Assembly (NCBI GenBank): GCA_022813965.1 | Contig: JALDZS010000021.1 | Location: 124,001-188,000, forward strand | DNA length: 64,000 nucleotides | Source of the DNA: Toensbergia leucococca | Taxonomy: Eukaryota | Direction of reading: 5' to 3' | Shown here: piece by piece, positions 50,083 to 62,926 of the stretch | Layout of the letters: every line of letters begins with the position of its first letter | How positions within the stretch are numbered: the stretch's first letter is position 1 | The notes under the pieces: model-generated | Told to the model about the DNA's origin: nothing | Seen by the model: the letters and a program-made list of their open reading frames with translations, nothing else | The model's database searches: none | Made by a program: the position numbers and the translations under genes

Positions 50083-50586
50083 ATGGGCGAGTGTGTACTG
50101 TGTTATGAGAATATTAAGAATGCAGACACGAGTAGACAATTTCAGGATACGTTCGAGGAATAGCATCAATCTTGAATACAAATTTGATGATATTCGAACT
50201 AATTTCCTTTCCCGTTCGTACATGATGTTGAGAAATGAGAATAAATATAGAATTCACGTGGCTTTTGCTATTATAGCTTCTAGGGTAAATGCACAATAGC
50301 GTAAACCTAACAACAACGACAACGGCTCTTCAGACCTTCTTCTTCGGATATTCAAGTTAAACACGGCAGCATCATGCTTCCAATCCTCCCAGCCACTTTG
50401 TTGCGCGCTCACTGCAACGTGTGCAGTATACGAATCGAGTATACGACTCAAATCCTACCTACAAACCTATTTCCAATCAATGTTTTCTGACCGCCATGAC
50501 CGAATTACAGGGGGCCCGAGACCTGGATAGTGGGTATCTGAGACCGTGTCAACCGGGTCAAGGGAAGAAGCCGCGTCTGTACCAAC

Positions 50587-50597
50587 TCGGAATCCGA
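50587..50597. promoter_or_regulatory. AflR-type site upstream of PKS
   Basis: TCGGAATCCGA, ~420 bp upstream of the PKS ATG. Confidence 0.6.
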
Positions 50598-51014
50598 ACT
50601 TCTCAGAAGTCAGCCTACAGAATTTGCAGGGACGTGAGTGAGTGAGATTCCGCTATCGAGTCTACACGTGTCAATAAGCCGAATGAACTCTCCGAGGAGG
50701 CACCCTGGGTTCTCTTGCCCAATCTATTGCTCTCTCTGCAGCCCTACTGTCTATGCATCATCGGCCACCGCGGCTGCTGACAATAGGGGAGTGACTCCGT
50801 ATCCAAGTAAATGACTTGGGGCAGGCAACGATGCTTGGTGCTTCTGGATGTCTCTCGGTACCGTTTTCCATATAAGTGTCTAAATACCGTTTTCTCTATA
50901 AGTCAATATCTTTGTCCGTCAAATCTCTGAACGATTACTTTTGTGATGCGCTTTCTGCGACAAGCAGCTTTGTTATCCACTTTCTCCGACGGCTAGACTT
51001 GTAGCCTTTCAATA

Positions 51015-54000
51015 ATGGAGTCCTCTGTCCAGATCTATGTCTTCGGGGATCAGACGAGTGCTTTCGAAACAGACCTAGGTCAAGTTTTACATGTCAAAGA
51101 TAATGAAACCCTAACATCTTTCTTTGAGCAAGCCTATTATGCTCTCCGCTTGGAGATAGCAAAATTGCCAGTCTCTCAACAAGAGTGGTTCCCTCGCTTT
51201 GCTTCCCTCCTTGATCTTTTGGCCCGATATGGCGAGTCTGGGAGTAATCCAGCCCTTGGACTCTCTCTGCTTTGTTTGAACCAGCTTGCTAGATTCATCA
51301 AGTAAGCATCTGTTGGAGCTACTCATATCATTACAAAACTTACACGCTCTAGGTACTACGGTGAGGGATCAAGGCCGTATCCCCGCTCTTCTAATAGCTA
51401 TGTCATTGGGCTATGTACGGGCTCTTTTGCCGCCGCTGCTATAAGCACTTCACAAACTGTCTTTGAACTACTACCCGCCGCTAAAGAAGCAGTCCTTACT
51501 GCGTTTCGGACGGGGCTACGTTCTATGGAAGTGGGGAATGATATCGAGCGACATTCCCAGAAGGCTTCACCGACTTGGTCAGTGATAGTAGGAATGCATG
51601 AGAAGCAGGCTTTCACAGCTCTCGATACGTTCTCTACAGCAAAGGTGCGTCACTCCAAAGCTTTCTTTTAAATTTCGATTGACGTAGGAAATAGGGTCTC
51701 CCGCGGAGTTCCCAACCTTACCTGAGCTCTATCACCTCGACCAGTGTGACAATTAGCGGTCCTCCAACTATCCTCCAGCAATTGCTTCAGACGCCGCCTT
51801 TCTCGGCCTTGAAGCCTGTCAAACTTTCCGTTCATGCCCCATATCATGCTGCTCATCTCTACGGACCTTCTGACGTGGAAGCAATCCTAGCTTCATCCAA
51901 CACCAGCATCCTGAGCTCTTATGCACCAAGAATTCCTCTACTCTCAAGCGCAACGGGAAAAAGAGTTGTCGTACCTGATTACGGTTCGCTTCTTCGGGTG
52001 ATTCTGCGCGACATTTTAATAGAGCAACTTCGCTGGGACAACGTGCTTAGAGACTGTGCAACAGAGGTTGCTCATGCAACGTCATTCTCACAATGCATAA
52101 TTTGTCCCATACTTACTAACTCATCGCAAACATTGGCCACTGCGCTTTCGTTAGCCACTGAACGGGACGTCTCAACTGATAGTGTTTTCATGAATGACAT
52201 CGCGAAGGCTTGGACATCGCCCTCGAGTGGCAGATCTGGGCAGTCGAAGATTGCGATTGTTGGCTATTCTGGAAGATTCCCCGACGCGGCGAGTACAAAG
52301 AAGTTTTGGGATCTATTGCACGAGGGTCTTGATGTTCATCGAGAGATCCCCAAGGACCGATTTGACTTTAAGACGCATTTTGATCCTACTGGCAAGAAAA
52401 AGAACACAAGCAAGGTCCCGCATGGTTGTTTTATCGAAGAGCCAGGCCTATTTGACTCTCGATTTTTCAACATGTCTCCCCGAGAATCTGCAAATGCTGA
52501 TCCAGGTCAGCGGCTAGCTATAACGACTGCTTATGAAGCTCTTGAGATGGCCGGCTTCGTGCCGAACAGGACCCCATCAACTCAACGAGATCGAGTCGGT
52601 ATCTTCTACGGTATGACGAGTGACGATTGGAGAGAAGTGAACAGTGGTCAAAATATTGACACATACTTCATACCAGTAGGTGATCCCGTTTCTATGCTGT
52701 TGCAAGATAGTTCGTCGTGGTGATTTTTGTTCTTGTTGAGATCAGGCTAATGGATTGGATTAGGGTGGAAACCGAGCTTTTACCCCAGGACGAATCAACT
52801 ACCACTTCAAATTCAGTGGGCCAAGTTTTAGTATCGATACAGCATGTTCATCAAGCTTTGCTGCTATACATACAGCATGCAACTCTCTATGGAGAGGCGA
52901 CTGTGATACTGCGATTGCCGGCGGTACGAATGTGATGACAAATCCTGATAATTTTGCTGGCCTCGATCGTGGCCATTTCTTATCACCCACTGGTAACTGC
53001 AATACATTTGATGATGGTGCAAACGGCTATTGCCGAGCTGATGGTGTGGGTACAATCATACTCAAGAGACTTGAGGATGCAGAAGCAGACAAAGATCCTA
53101 TCCACGGTGTGATTCTTGGAGCATATACAAATCATTCGGCAGAAGCAGAGTCGTACGTTTACAATCACAGCCTGAATCTCCTGTACGAGCACAACTGGCT
53201 AACCTGAATTTCAGAATGACCCGCCCACATGTTGGTGCCCAAGCCTTTATCTTCAACAAGATGCTAAGCGCTGCCAATGTGGATCCTCTTGATGTCAGCT
53301 ATATTGAGATGCATGGTACTGGAACTCAAGCTGGTGACGCTGTGGAGATGAGCTCGGTCTTGGATGTTTTCGCCAAAAAGCCACGTGGCTCTCAATATCC
53401 ATTACATCTTGGATCTGCTAAGGCAAATGTTGGTCATGCAGAGTCAGCATCAGGCGTAACTTCGCTGATAAAAGTTCTTATGATGATGGAAAAGAATGAG
53501 ATCCCACCGCACGTTGGGATCAAAACGAAGATCAATCACAACTTTCCTACAGATCTGAAGGCACGGAATGTGAACATTGCGTTGAAGCCTACCACCTGGA
53601 GACGGCCTGAGGATGGAGACGGAAAGCGCACCGTTTTCATGAACAATTTCAGCGCCGCTGGGGGTAATACTGCTCTGCTAATGGAAGATGCTCCTACCGT
53701 TGTTCAAAGACATCAACAGGACGCTCGATCCTCTCATCTAGTGGCCATCTCAGCAAAAAGCATCTTATCACTTCAGAAGAATATTAATGACTTGGTGACT
53801 TATATTGATAATGCTTCGGACCTGTCACTTCCAGCTCTATCGTACACAACAACAGCTCGCCGAATGCACCACAACTACAGAGTCATTGTGACTGGCCACG
53901 ACCTTCAATCTGTAAGAAGCGTCCTGCAGGACCTTGCACCCTGTAAAGATCTCAAGCCAATCCCGGTTCCCGCCAAGGTCCCAAACGTGGCATTCGTGTT

Positions 54001-57000
54001 TACAGGCCAGGGTGCGACGTATGTTGGAATTGCAAGACAACTCTTTGAAACAGTCTCGCAATTTCGCGCGGACTTACAACGTTTTGATCATATTGGACAA
54101 AGCCAAGGATTTGCGAGTTTCTTACCGTTGATTGACGGCAGCGCAACAAGCCTAGAAGAATTGGGACCAGTGATTACCCAGCTAGGTACATCCTGCGTAC
54201 AAATGGCACTCGCTCGGCTTTGGGCTTCCTGGGGAGTCTTTCCAAGTGCCGTGGTCGGCCATAGTCTAGGAGAATATGCAGCACTTCACATTGCAGGAGT
54301 TCTATCAGCTAGCGATGCCATCTTCCTGATCGGCACTAGAGCTCAGCTGCTGGTCAAACACTGCAGTGTCGGAACACACTCCATGCTCGCCGTCAAAGCA
54401 TCTTTACCAATCATCAACCCTCATCTCGTCAGAACAAACTGCGAAATTGCGTGCATCAATGGTCCGAACGAAACTGTTATTAGTGACACGATTGAAGAAA
54501 TCGAATCGCTTTCAAGCGATCTTACAGCCTTTGGATTCCAATGCGTTAAGCTCGAGGTGCCCTTTGCTTTCCACTCCTCACACGTGGAGACCATCCTACA
54601 GGAATTTGAGGTTGTAGCTCAGGGTGTCGTTTTCGAAAACCCCTCAATACCGTTCATCTCCCCCCTACTCGGAGACGTGGTGACTGATAGTGCGATACTT
54701 GGCCCTTCATATCTCACCCGTGCTTGTCGAGGGACAGTGAACTTTCTTAGCGGACTAGAGGCTGCAAGAGAATCTGGTGTTATAAGTGACGGAACTCTAT
54801 GGGTTGAGATTGGATCTCACCCTGTTTGTTCTGGTATGATCAAATCGATACTCGGTTCCCAGACCACTACCGTCCCATCTCTCCGACGCAACGGAGACAC
54901 TTGGAAGGTTCTTTCCGGAAGTCTTGCATTGATTCATCTGGCGGGTATCGAGCTCCAATGGAATGAATACCATCGAGACTTCGAGGCTTCTCACGAGGTC
55001 CTCCCACTCCCTGCTTACAATTGGGATAGCAAGAATCACTGGATCCAATACGCCAATGACTTTTGCCTCACAAAGGGCGATAGTCCTTCCATCACTATAC
55101 CCGAGTCTCAGCCTATTGTTTCCACCTTGTCGACTCCATCAGTCCAGAGGGTGATTGAGCAGAATCTCGACGTCGACAAATCTACAATAGTTATCGAGTC
55201 AGATATTTCTGATCCATTTTTGGCTGGCGTGTTCGAACAACACAAGGTGAACGGAGTCGCTCTTTGCCCCTCTGTAAGTACCTGGTACCTACAAAATAAG
55301 GCTCTCGAGAAACTAACCTTTTGAAGTCTCTGTATGCTGACATGGCTTTGACTATTGGCGACCACCTGCTCAAAGCCACCCATCAGGATACAAAGGGTCT
55401 TAGTATGGACGTAGCCGAGATGGTCGCTGACAAGTCTATCATTTTCAACGGAAAGAGTCCACAATTCATTCGGGCCTCAGGATCTGCGGATTGGGCAGCT
55501 TCACGTCTCGTGATTCACTTCTACAGTGTTACATCTGAAGGCAAGAAACTTGCCGATCACGCAAAATGTATAGTCAAGTTCGAGAATAGCGATGTATGGC
55601 TGAACGAATGGAAGCGTAACACCTATCTGATCAAGAGTCGAATTGAAGCTTTAAAGAATGGTGTTGACGGTGGACAGAGCCACAAGATCAAGCGTGGAAT
55701 GGCGTATAAGCTTTTTGGTGCTGTGGTCGAATACGGGAAGAGCTACCAAGGTATGCAAGAAATCGTGCTTGACAGCGCGCAACATGAAGCCACCGCTCAA
55801 ATTGCCTTCCAAACCACGGAAAAGGATGGAAAGTTTTATTTCAGTCCATACTGGATTGATAGTCTTGGCCACATCGCTGGATTTATCATGAATGCCAACG
55901 ACAGCGTGGATTCAAAGAGTCAAGTATTTTTGAACCACGGCTGGGATTCAATGCGCATCACTTCGAGCTTTTCGCCAGAGAAAACCTATCAGGTATACAA
56001 TAGGATGCAAAATGTTGGCGGAACTATGTTTGCTGGCGATACCTATATCTTTGACGAAGGTGTCGTGGTTGCAATCTACCAGGGTGTTAGGGTCAGTGAC
56101 TCCGAGCTTTATATTTTAATGCAGATACTGACCCAGTGTAGTTCCAAGGCCTCACCCGTCGAGTTCTAGATCATATTCTACCTCCTCCAAACTCCTCTAA
56201 AGCTCCATCAAAGGCGGTTCCTGCGCCAAAGCTGGTAGCTAGCGCAATCACTCATGCTCACACAGGACATAAGAAATCGAACACTGTTCAGAAGAGTGTG
56301 GTAGTTGCTGCGCCGGAGCACTTCGAGTCAAAGACTCCTGGCGTTGTAAATCAAGCTCTGTCTATTATTGCAGAGGAGACCGGTCTTGCCATGTCGGAAC
56401 TCGTACCTAGCAGCAGCTTCGCAGACTTCGGTGTTGACTCGCTTCTGTCCTTGACTATTACGAGCCGATTCCGTGAAGAAATCGAGTTGGATGTTGAATC
56501 TTCTTTGTTTGTTGACTATCCTACTGTTAAAGATCTGAGGAACTTCATTTGCGGTGGTCAAGACACACCAACATACACACCACCATCGACTCGCAATTCT
56601 ACCAGTCCACCAACACCGGAATTAGACACGCTCTCAGAGGCATCTGATGACACTGATCAGACCTCTGTTGATGGTGATGATACAGGTGTTATGGCCACAA
56701 TTCGTCAGACGGTCGCCGAAGAAATTGGGGTAACTCAAGAGGAACTTACGGGATCACTGGCTTTTAGTGATCTTGGGATGGATTCGCTTCTGTCTCTGAC
56801 GATACTTGGAAAGCTTCACGAAGTACTGGACATGGACCTACCTCTGAGTCTTTTTGGAGATAACAATAGTCTTGACGAGGTCGAGATGGCACTTGGCCTT
56901 GCGCAAAAGCCCGCCGTTGCTGTTCGCGACATCGTTCATGCGCCTGTGACGAGCACAGTGAGCCGCAGGACCTCTCCGATTCCTCAAGCAACATCCATCC

Positions 57001-57764
57001 TTCTTCAGGGTAATCCCAAGCTTGCTGCTAAAAAGCTCTTCCTCTTCCCCGATGGCTCCGGCTCTGCCACCTCGTATGCACCCCTCCCACGAATTTCGTC
57101 TGACATTGTTGTATATGGCCTTAATTGCCCATATATGAAAACTCCTCAAGACATGAAGTGTAGCCTTGAAGAGGTCACTCCCCGTTACCTGGAAGAAATC
57201 CGTCGTCGGCAGCCCAGTGGTCCATACTACTTTGGTGGCTGGTCCGCCGGAGGTGTCTGTGCATTTGACGCTGCACAAAGTTTGGACCGAATTGGCGAGA
57301 AAGTCGATCGTCTAATTCTCATAGACTCACCCTTCCCCATCGGGCTTGAGAAACTACCACCGCGTCTCTATGACTTTTTCAACTCGATTGGTCTTTTCGG
57401 AGATGGAAGCAAGGCTCCCCCAGCATGGCTGTTGCCTCACTTCCTAGCATTCGTGGACTCGTTGGATCTTTACCGGGCCACACCATTTGCGGCAGGGCAT
57501 GGGCCGAAAACATATCTAATCTGGGCGCGCGACGGAGTATGCAAGTATCCTGATGATCCTCGGCCGAAGATGAATGCAGACGATCCCAAGGAAATGAAGT
57601 GGTTATTGAACAATCGAACGGATTTTGGGTCGAATGGATGGGATCGATTACTAGGTAGTGATAAGTTGGTCATCGAGACCATGGACAACGCCAATCATTT
57701 CACTATGATGGCTGGAGATAAGGTTGAAGAGCTGGGTGCTTTCATCCGGAAAGCGATGGACTAG
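51015..57764 (+). CDS. Non-reducing iterative PKS SAT-KS-AT-PT-ACP-ACP-TE/CLC (wA/Alb1/PKS12-like architecture)
   Basis: SAT FGDQT and [59 protein letters not shown] and AFHS; PT HKVNG...WIDSLGH; ACPs GVDSLLSL and [30 protein letters not shown]; about six short introns, all frame-consistent. Confidence 0.97.
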
Positions 57765-58226
57765 ATGTTTTGTATTCTCCTTGTTGTGCCTAGACTTCAT
57801 AGTCCCAGCAATGGGCAAAAGGCGTACATTTGGTCAATAGGTTTCATTTGGTATAGACTATATTATTTCTAGCTTTAGAATCTAGATTGTATACATTGAA
57901 CTTCTTATTATAGGACTGCGTCTTGGAAATTGCATTGTGATTCAAATAATCTCGAGTTGGAAAAAGCTCATTTGAACAGCGTTTGCTTTCCTGGTGACTG
58001 GAGGGAACATCTCTGGAGGTCAAAGATACCTCCAGTCGGCTGATAGTAAATGCAGACGCTTGCTTCTTACAGCAGGTTTACAGATGAAGCCTAGAAAGGT
58101 AGCCATTGAAGTGAACCAGATCTCTTCCCGAGTACGCTTCGTTACAGCTCGGGAAATCGGAACGCTTTTTGACATGGTCAAAATGCAGTACACTGTGATA
58201 TTCAGCTAATTGGAACGGGTTAGCCT

Positions 58227-58342
58227 TGTTCATCCCCGGATGCAAGCCACTGCCGGATGCAAATGCTAGCCTGATCAAAGTCAGCTAACCGAAATCGGGA
58301 TGGGATATGCATCCGACAGTGGCTTGCATCCGGGGGTGAACA
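58227..58342. repeat. 35-bp inverted repeat (MITE-like hairpin)
   Basis: 58227-58261 TGTTCATCCCCGGATGCAAGCCACTGCCGGATGCA vs reverse complement of 58308-58342 TGTTCACCCCCGGATGCAAGCCACTGTCGGATGCA (33/35 match). Confidence 0.85.
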
Positions 58343-58997
58343 CGATTTCCAAGAAGAACGAGGCTTGAAGCATGGCGACTCGTACACTAGGGGGGGGCGG
58401 CTGATTTCCTGCACCTCAGCTCCGTGGTCAATACGATGACTACCACAGCTCTAGATCATGGTTTGTTCATTGTCTCGGCCTTGCATCACTTCGGGTTGAG
58501 ATGATTGCTATGAGTTCTGATACGATAGCCTGCGACGAGCAAATAGAACAAGATACCGATATAGATGGATTGTGCCATTCGCTCTGCGTTCACTCAAGAC
58601 TAGAAATCTCCATTTCCAAGGCTTGAGTCATTTAGGAGACAGAAGACACTGATGAGAGTTGATCTAGTAGCATAGGTAGGTTGATGGATGATTGATAGAT
58701 TTGCCCGAGGAGATGTGTGTAAGATCCATGTCAGACGGGTGCGGATCACTATTATCCGATACCCCTGAGGCTCTTCCGATATCAAACTCTATTACCACTA
58801 TTACCATGCCGCAGAGGTGCACATTAAGCCACAATAAGCCATTTGACAGCTGAGGTCTCAATATAAATAGCAGAAAGACTTCTCGTTATCGTCTCCCTTC
58901 GCTGACCGTACTGTAAGTCCGGAAAGCAACCTTCGACCGCCACCTTCTCAGCTTCCTGTCCCCACATCTCTGGCAAGCACAAAGCCACAATTCCCGT

Positions 58998-59008
58998 TCG
59001 CTGTCCGA
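58998..59008. promoter_or_regulatory. AflR-type site upstream of laccase
   Basis: TCGCTGTCCGA, ~130 bp upstream of ATG 59139. Confidence 0.6.
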
Positions 59009-59138
59009 ATCGCTCCAATGGAGAGAAGACGTACAATGAACGATCCCTACATAATGGAATCCTTAAGACGTAGGATTCTGCAGGTACCGAAATCCCTCAA
59101 AGATATACGAATCGTTCATTTTCCACCTGCAAGGTACC

Positions 59139-61550
59139 ATGAGGACGTTCATTAATCACTTGGCGAGTATTTGCAGCATCCTTGGGATCGCTACTGCGGG
59201 TACAGCTTCGCTGGGAACGCTGAGCGCAAATCCTCTTCCTCCTTTTCTAACCAATAATGTAAATTACGAACGCTGCAAATTTCCTACCACTAGAGTAATA
59301 CTGATGAATTGGCAGCCTCTACCTAATGGCTTTCCGTGGGGTTCTTGTACCGCCAACAATACCTCTCCCAAGAACCCGCCAGTAACAGGCACCACGCGTT
59401 ATTACGACTTCACCGTCAGGCGAGGAACTGCCGCTCCAGATGGCTTCCAAAAAAACGTGTTACTCATTAATGATCAATTCCCAGGACCCACTATTGAAGC
59501 TAACTGGGGCGACTGGATCCAAGGTAAGCGGCATTTTTAAGTTTTTGTTTCTAATCACCAGCTAATTTGGCATTTCCAAGTGACGTTGAGAAATCAAATC
59601 ACTGGGCCTGAAGAGGGGACTAGTCTTCATTGGCATGGGTTGTTGCAAAAGGAAACACCATGGTACGATGGCGTACCCAGCGTATCCCAGTGTCCTGTCG
59701 CTCCAGGATCAACTTTCACGTAAGTCGGAACTCGCAATAATAACGAAGTAGATTGCTGAGAATGAAATTAGGTACCGGTTCAGGGCTGATGTCTACGGAA
59801 CGACTTGGTACCATTCGCATTACTCGGCCCAGTATGCAGGCGGCCTACTGGGTCCACTCGTGATTTACGGTCCAAGCTATATTCCATATGACTATGATCT
59901 TGGTCCAATCCTGCTGCAAGATTGTTCGTACTCATGGTAATCTCTGTTCTTGTCAAGATTGGACTAACAGCTTATATCAGGGTTCCATCTCGATTATTTT
60001 GCTCTGGTAGAACATGGTATGTTGAAAACTTGCCATTAAGAACTGTAAATTTTAATAAATTACTTCTAGCTATGAGCAACATTACTTCTTTGCAATCGCA
60101 AGCTTCAGATAATACCTTGATAAACGGTAGAATGCCCTATAATTGCAGTTCGGCAGTCAACGGAACCTCTTGCAGTTCCAACGCTTCCTATTCGAAGTAC
60201 AGAGTAAAGGCTGGGAAGACCTACAGGCTCCGTCTGATAAATAGTGGTGCTGGTGGAATCCAGTATTTCAGTATCGATGATCATTCATTGACCGTCATTT
60301 CCAACGATTTTGTTTACGTCGAGCCTTATAATACAAATTTTGTCACTCTCGGGGTACGAAGTCGGATTTCTTCTCTCCTCTCCGAAAAGGACCTTATGCT
60401 GACCGCCTCACACAGATCGGCCAGAGATCGGATGTTCTTTTCACACCGAAAGGTGGACCTAACGACACGTACTGGATGCGTACACTCCAATCGGGTCTTT
60501 TCTGCGCAAGAGCTCGGCAGCCCGAGGGTCGAGCTGTAATCCTCCTGGACAATGCTCCAGAGGATACCATACCGAAAACCCTTGCCTGGCCGCCACCAAT
60601 CGACGATCGCACCTGCAAAAATGTTTTTCTCCTCTCTGCGAATCTCCACATGGTCTATTGTAACTAACATCGTTCCCAGGATCCCCTTAGCGTGACAATT
60701 CCATACTACCAAATCGCGCTCCCCGAGCCCTCAGTAACCTACCATCTCGTCATCAACGAAATTATCAACGCCACCGGCCACAAACTCTACACCATGAACG
60801 GCTCCCCGTTCCAAGCCGACTACAGCGACCCCATTCTCCGCCTCGCTAACGAAAAAAACATCTCCTACCCCCACGACCCGCAATGGAACATCATCGACTT
60901 CGGCACAAACACCTCCATCCGCGTCAACGTCTGGAACAACTTCACCGCACCCCATGTACGTTCACTCGTGCCAAAACATCCTTCCTCCGCCTCCGCTCCC
61001 TTTCCCAAAACACATATATCTACAAAGCATAAATGATATCCCCCAAACTTACCCGTCATATGAGCAGCCAATGCACCTCCACGGCCACGACATGTACATG
61101 CTACACGAAGGCCCGGGGCAATGGGACGGCACCACCATCATCAATCCGCAAAATCCCCAGCGGCGCGACACGCAGAATCTGATCCCGAACGGGCACATGG
61201 TGTTTCAATTCGATGCGGATAACCCCGGCGCGTGGCCTTTTCACTGCCATATCGCGTGGCATTTGTCCATGGTATTATCCCCCCTCCCCCCCTCTCTCCT
61301 TTCCTTGATGCGATATTTTCTTCCATGCTGTAGTCTTACCCCCCCATCTATATTCTCTCATCCACCTAAAAACCCAGAGAACATTCACTTATACTTTCTC
61401 GCGCGATTCAAGGGCCTCTCGGTAACATTTGTGGAGCGGCCCGCCGATATTCCCCAGCCTCAAATCCCGGGCATTATGAGCCAGACTTGTGATGCTTGGG
61501 ACCGGTACTCCAGCCGGAATGTGGTGGATCAGATCGATAGCGGGTTCTAA
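59139..61550 (+). CDS. Secreted laccase / multicopper oxidase (ascomycete laccase type), many exons
   Basis: Signal peptide; [12 protein letters not shown]; copper motifs HWHG, WYHSH, H|PMHLHGH, HCHIAWH; C-terminus QIDSGF. Confidence 0.93.
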
Positions 61551-61933
61551 CTTAAAAAGAGGAGGTGTATGATGAGCTTTGTATCAAAAGTTTTCAAGTG
61601 GAGGGATGGGTAGACGTTGCTTTATTCTGTTCTCTGTTTTTTTTTTCAAGCTTTTTGTGGGGGAGGAGAAGTGAGGGGTTGTTCTGACCGTCTTTATTTT
61701 CTGTTGGGTTGTCTTTTTTTCATTTTCTTGGTTGAGAGAGAGGGGGCAGGTGGCAGGTTTGTGCGTTGAGTGAGAATCTTTTTTTTTGAATTTTCTTGAG
61801 AAGGGGGGGGGGGAGATAAGATATACTGTTGATATTATTGTTGAAAGAAGTACACAGTAACGCTTTTTGTTTCATAATCTTACAGTTTTTTTTTGTTTTG
61901 AATTCATAATATCTCTACACCCTATTTCAATAA

Positions 61934-62926
61934 TATATCAATTTACCCTTGAGCGCAGTAATGCTAGGCAGTGATTTGCTTTTCTTTGAAGCTTCATCAC
62001 AAAACGCCGCCTTGCGCTGACCTGCTGGGAATGAGAAGCTCAAGAAAGGTGATGATCTCAGAACTGTTGTTTTCATTGACTCTGTTACCTGCTTGTTCCT
62101 CGGCGTTCAATGAGGAGGCTCAATGTATGACTGGCACAAGGCGCGGATCATAGTCTTCTTCATCGTCTTCAGCCTCGGAATCATGGTCTGAATTTGAGTT
62201 CAGGCTCGGAAGAGTATCGACGCAACTATCTCTGCGCGCATCATTAGTCAGCGCAGCATTATGTTCGCCTCCTTCACCGCATTCTGTATGGGCGGCACAA
62301 TGATTAGCTTGCTCTACTACGTCGCCATATGGCTTTAAGCTGTAAAAGGTAGATCTGCCGTTGATTTCGGCTTCGATAGCATCCCAATGATTCTGGGTCT
62401 GGTGACGAAATTGCTGATGACAGGCCATGCTACCAACTACGCTGGTCGCCATGCTCCAGACGTGATCGCTAGCGCTGTTGTGAGCTCCATTGGCTGTGGA
62501 TTGTTCTTGACGTGGACGCCGAGCACGGAATGGATTGATTCCTAGGCTCTTTTCGGTCTAGGACAGGGTGAACGTTGGCAACAGCCTTTGCTGATAGCTC
62601 AGACTCCACTGGAGAACAAAGACATCCCCACGGGCACAGCAACCATGTCAGGCTGTAATCTAGCAAGGGGCGCAATCTTCTTCTCTGTGGCTTCCAGTGT
62701 CTTCAACCACGGCTTAGTTGCGAATCTTGCAATAATGGGCCCATCACTAGATTCCGCTTCCGTCGTGGCAGATGGACTTTGAACTGAGGTTCCTACTAAG
62801 GTTCTCCGTCAAGTGGTGTTGGCGTATCATGGTGCTTTAAGGCAGGTGTTCACCATGTCTTTGGTGTTGCATTGTTTGGCCATTGTAGGAGCACCTGGAG
62901 TTGAGTGGAGGCCTCTTGAGTCTTGA
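61934..62926 (+). pseudogene. 5'-truncated DHA2-family MFS efflux transporter pseudogene
   Basis: One frame reads YINLP...VQ*GGSMYDW...RIISQRSI...YYVAIWL*AVKG...QQPLLIAQ...DIPTGTA...GAIFFSVASSVFN...GVEWR with in-frame stops at 62018, 62111, 62189, 62195, 62336, 62543 and 62780. Confidence 0.88.

Noticed and set aside
40767..57764. Aflatoxin/sterigmatocystin, cercosporin or aurofusarin cluster
   Set aside because: No fatty acid synthase genes, no AflS-like coactivator, no O-methyltransferase or fasciclin gene in the window; only individual gene families are shared
38515..61550. Calling the cluster a canonical DHN-melanin cluster
   Set aside because: PKS, Ayg1 and laccase are present, but there is no scytalone dehydratase, hydroxynaphthalene reductase or Cmr1-type C2H2/Zn2Cys6 regulator in the window; the FMO, EthD, LovD-like and AflR-type genes do not fit
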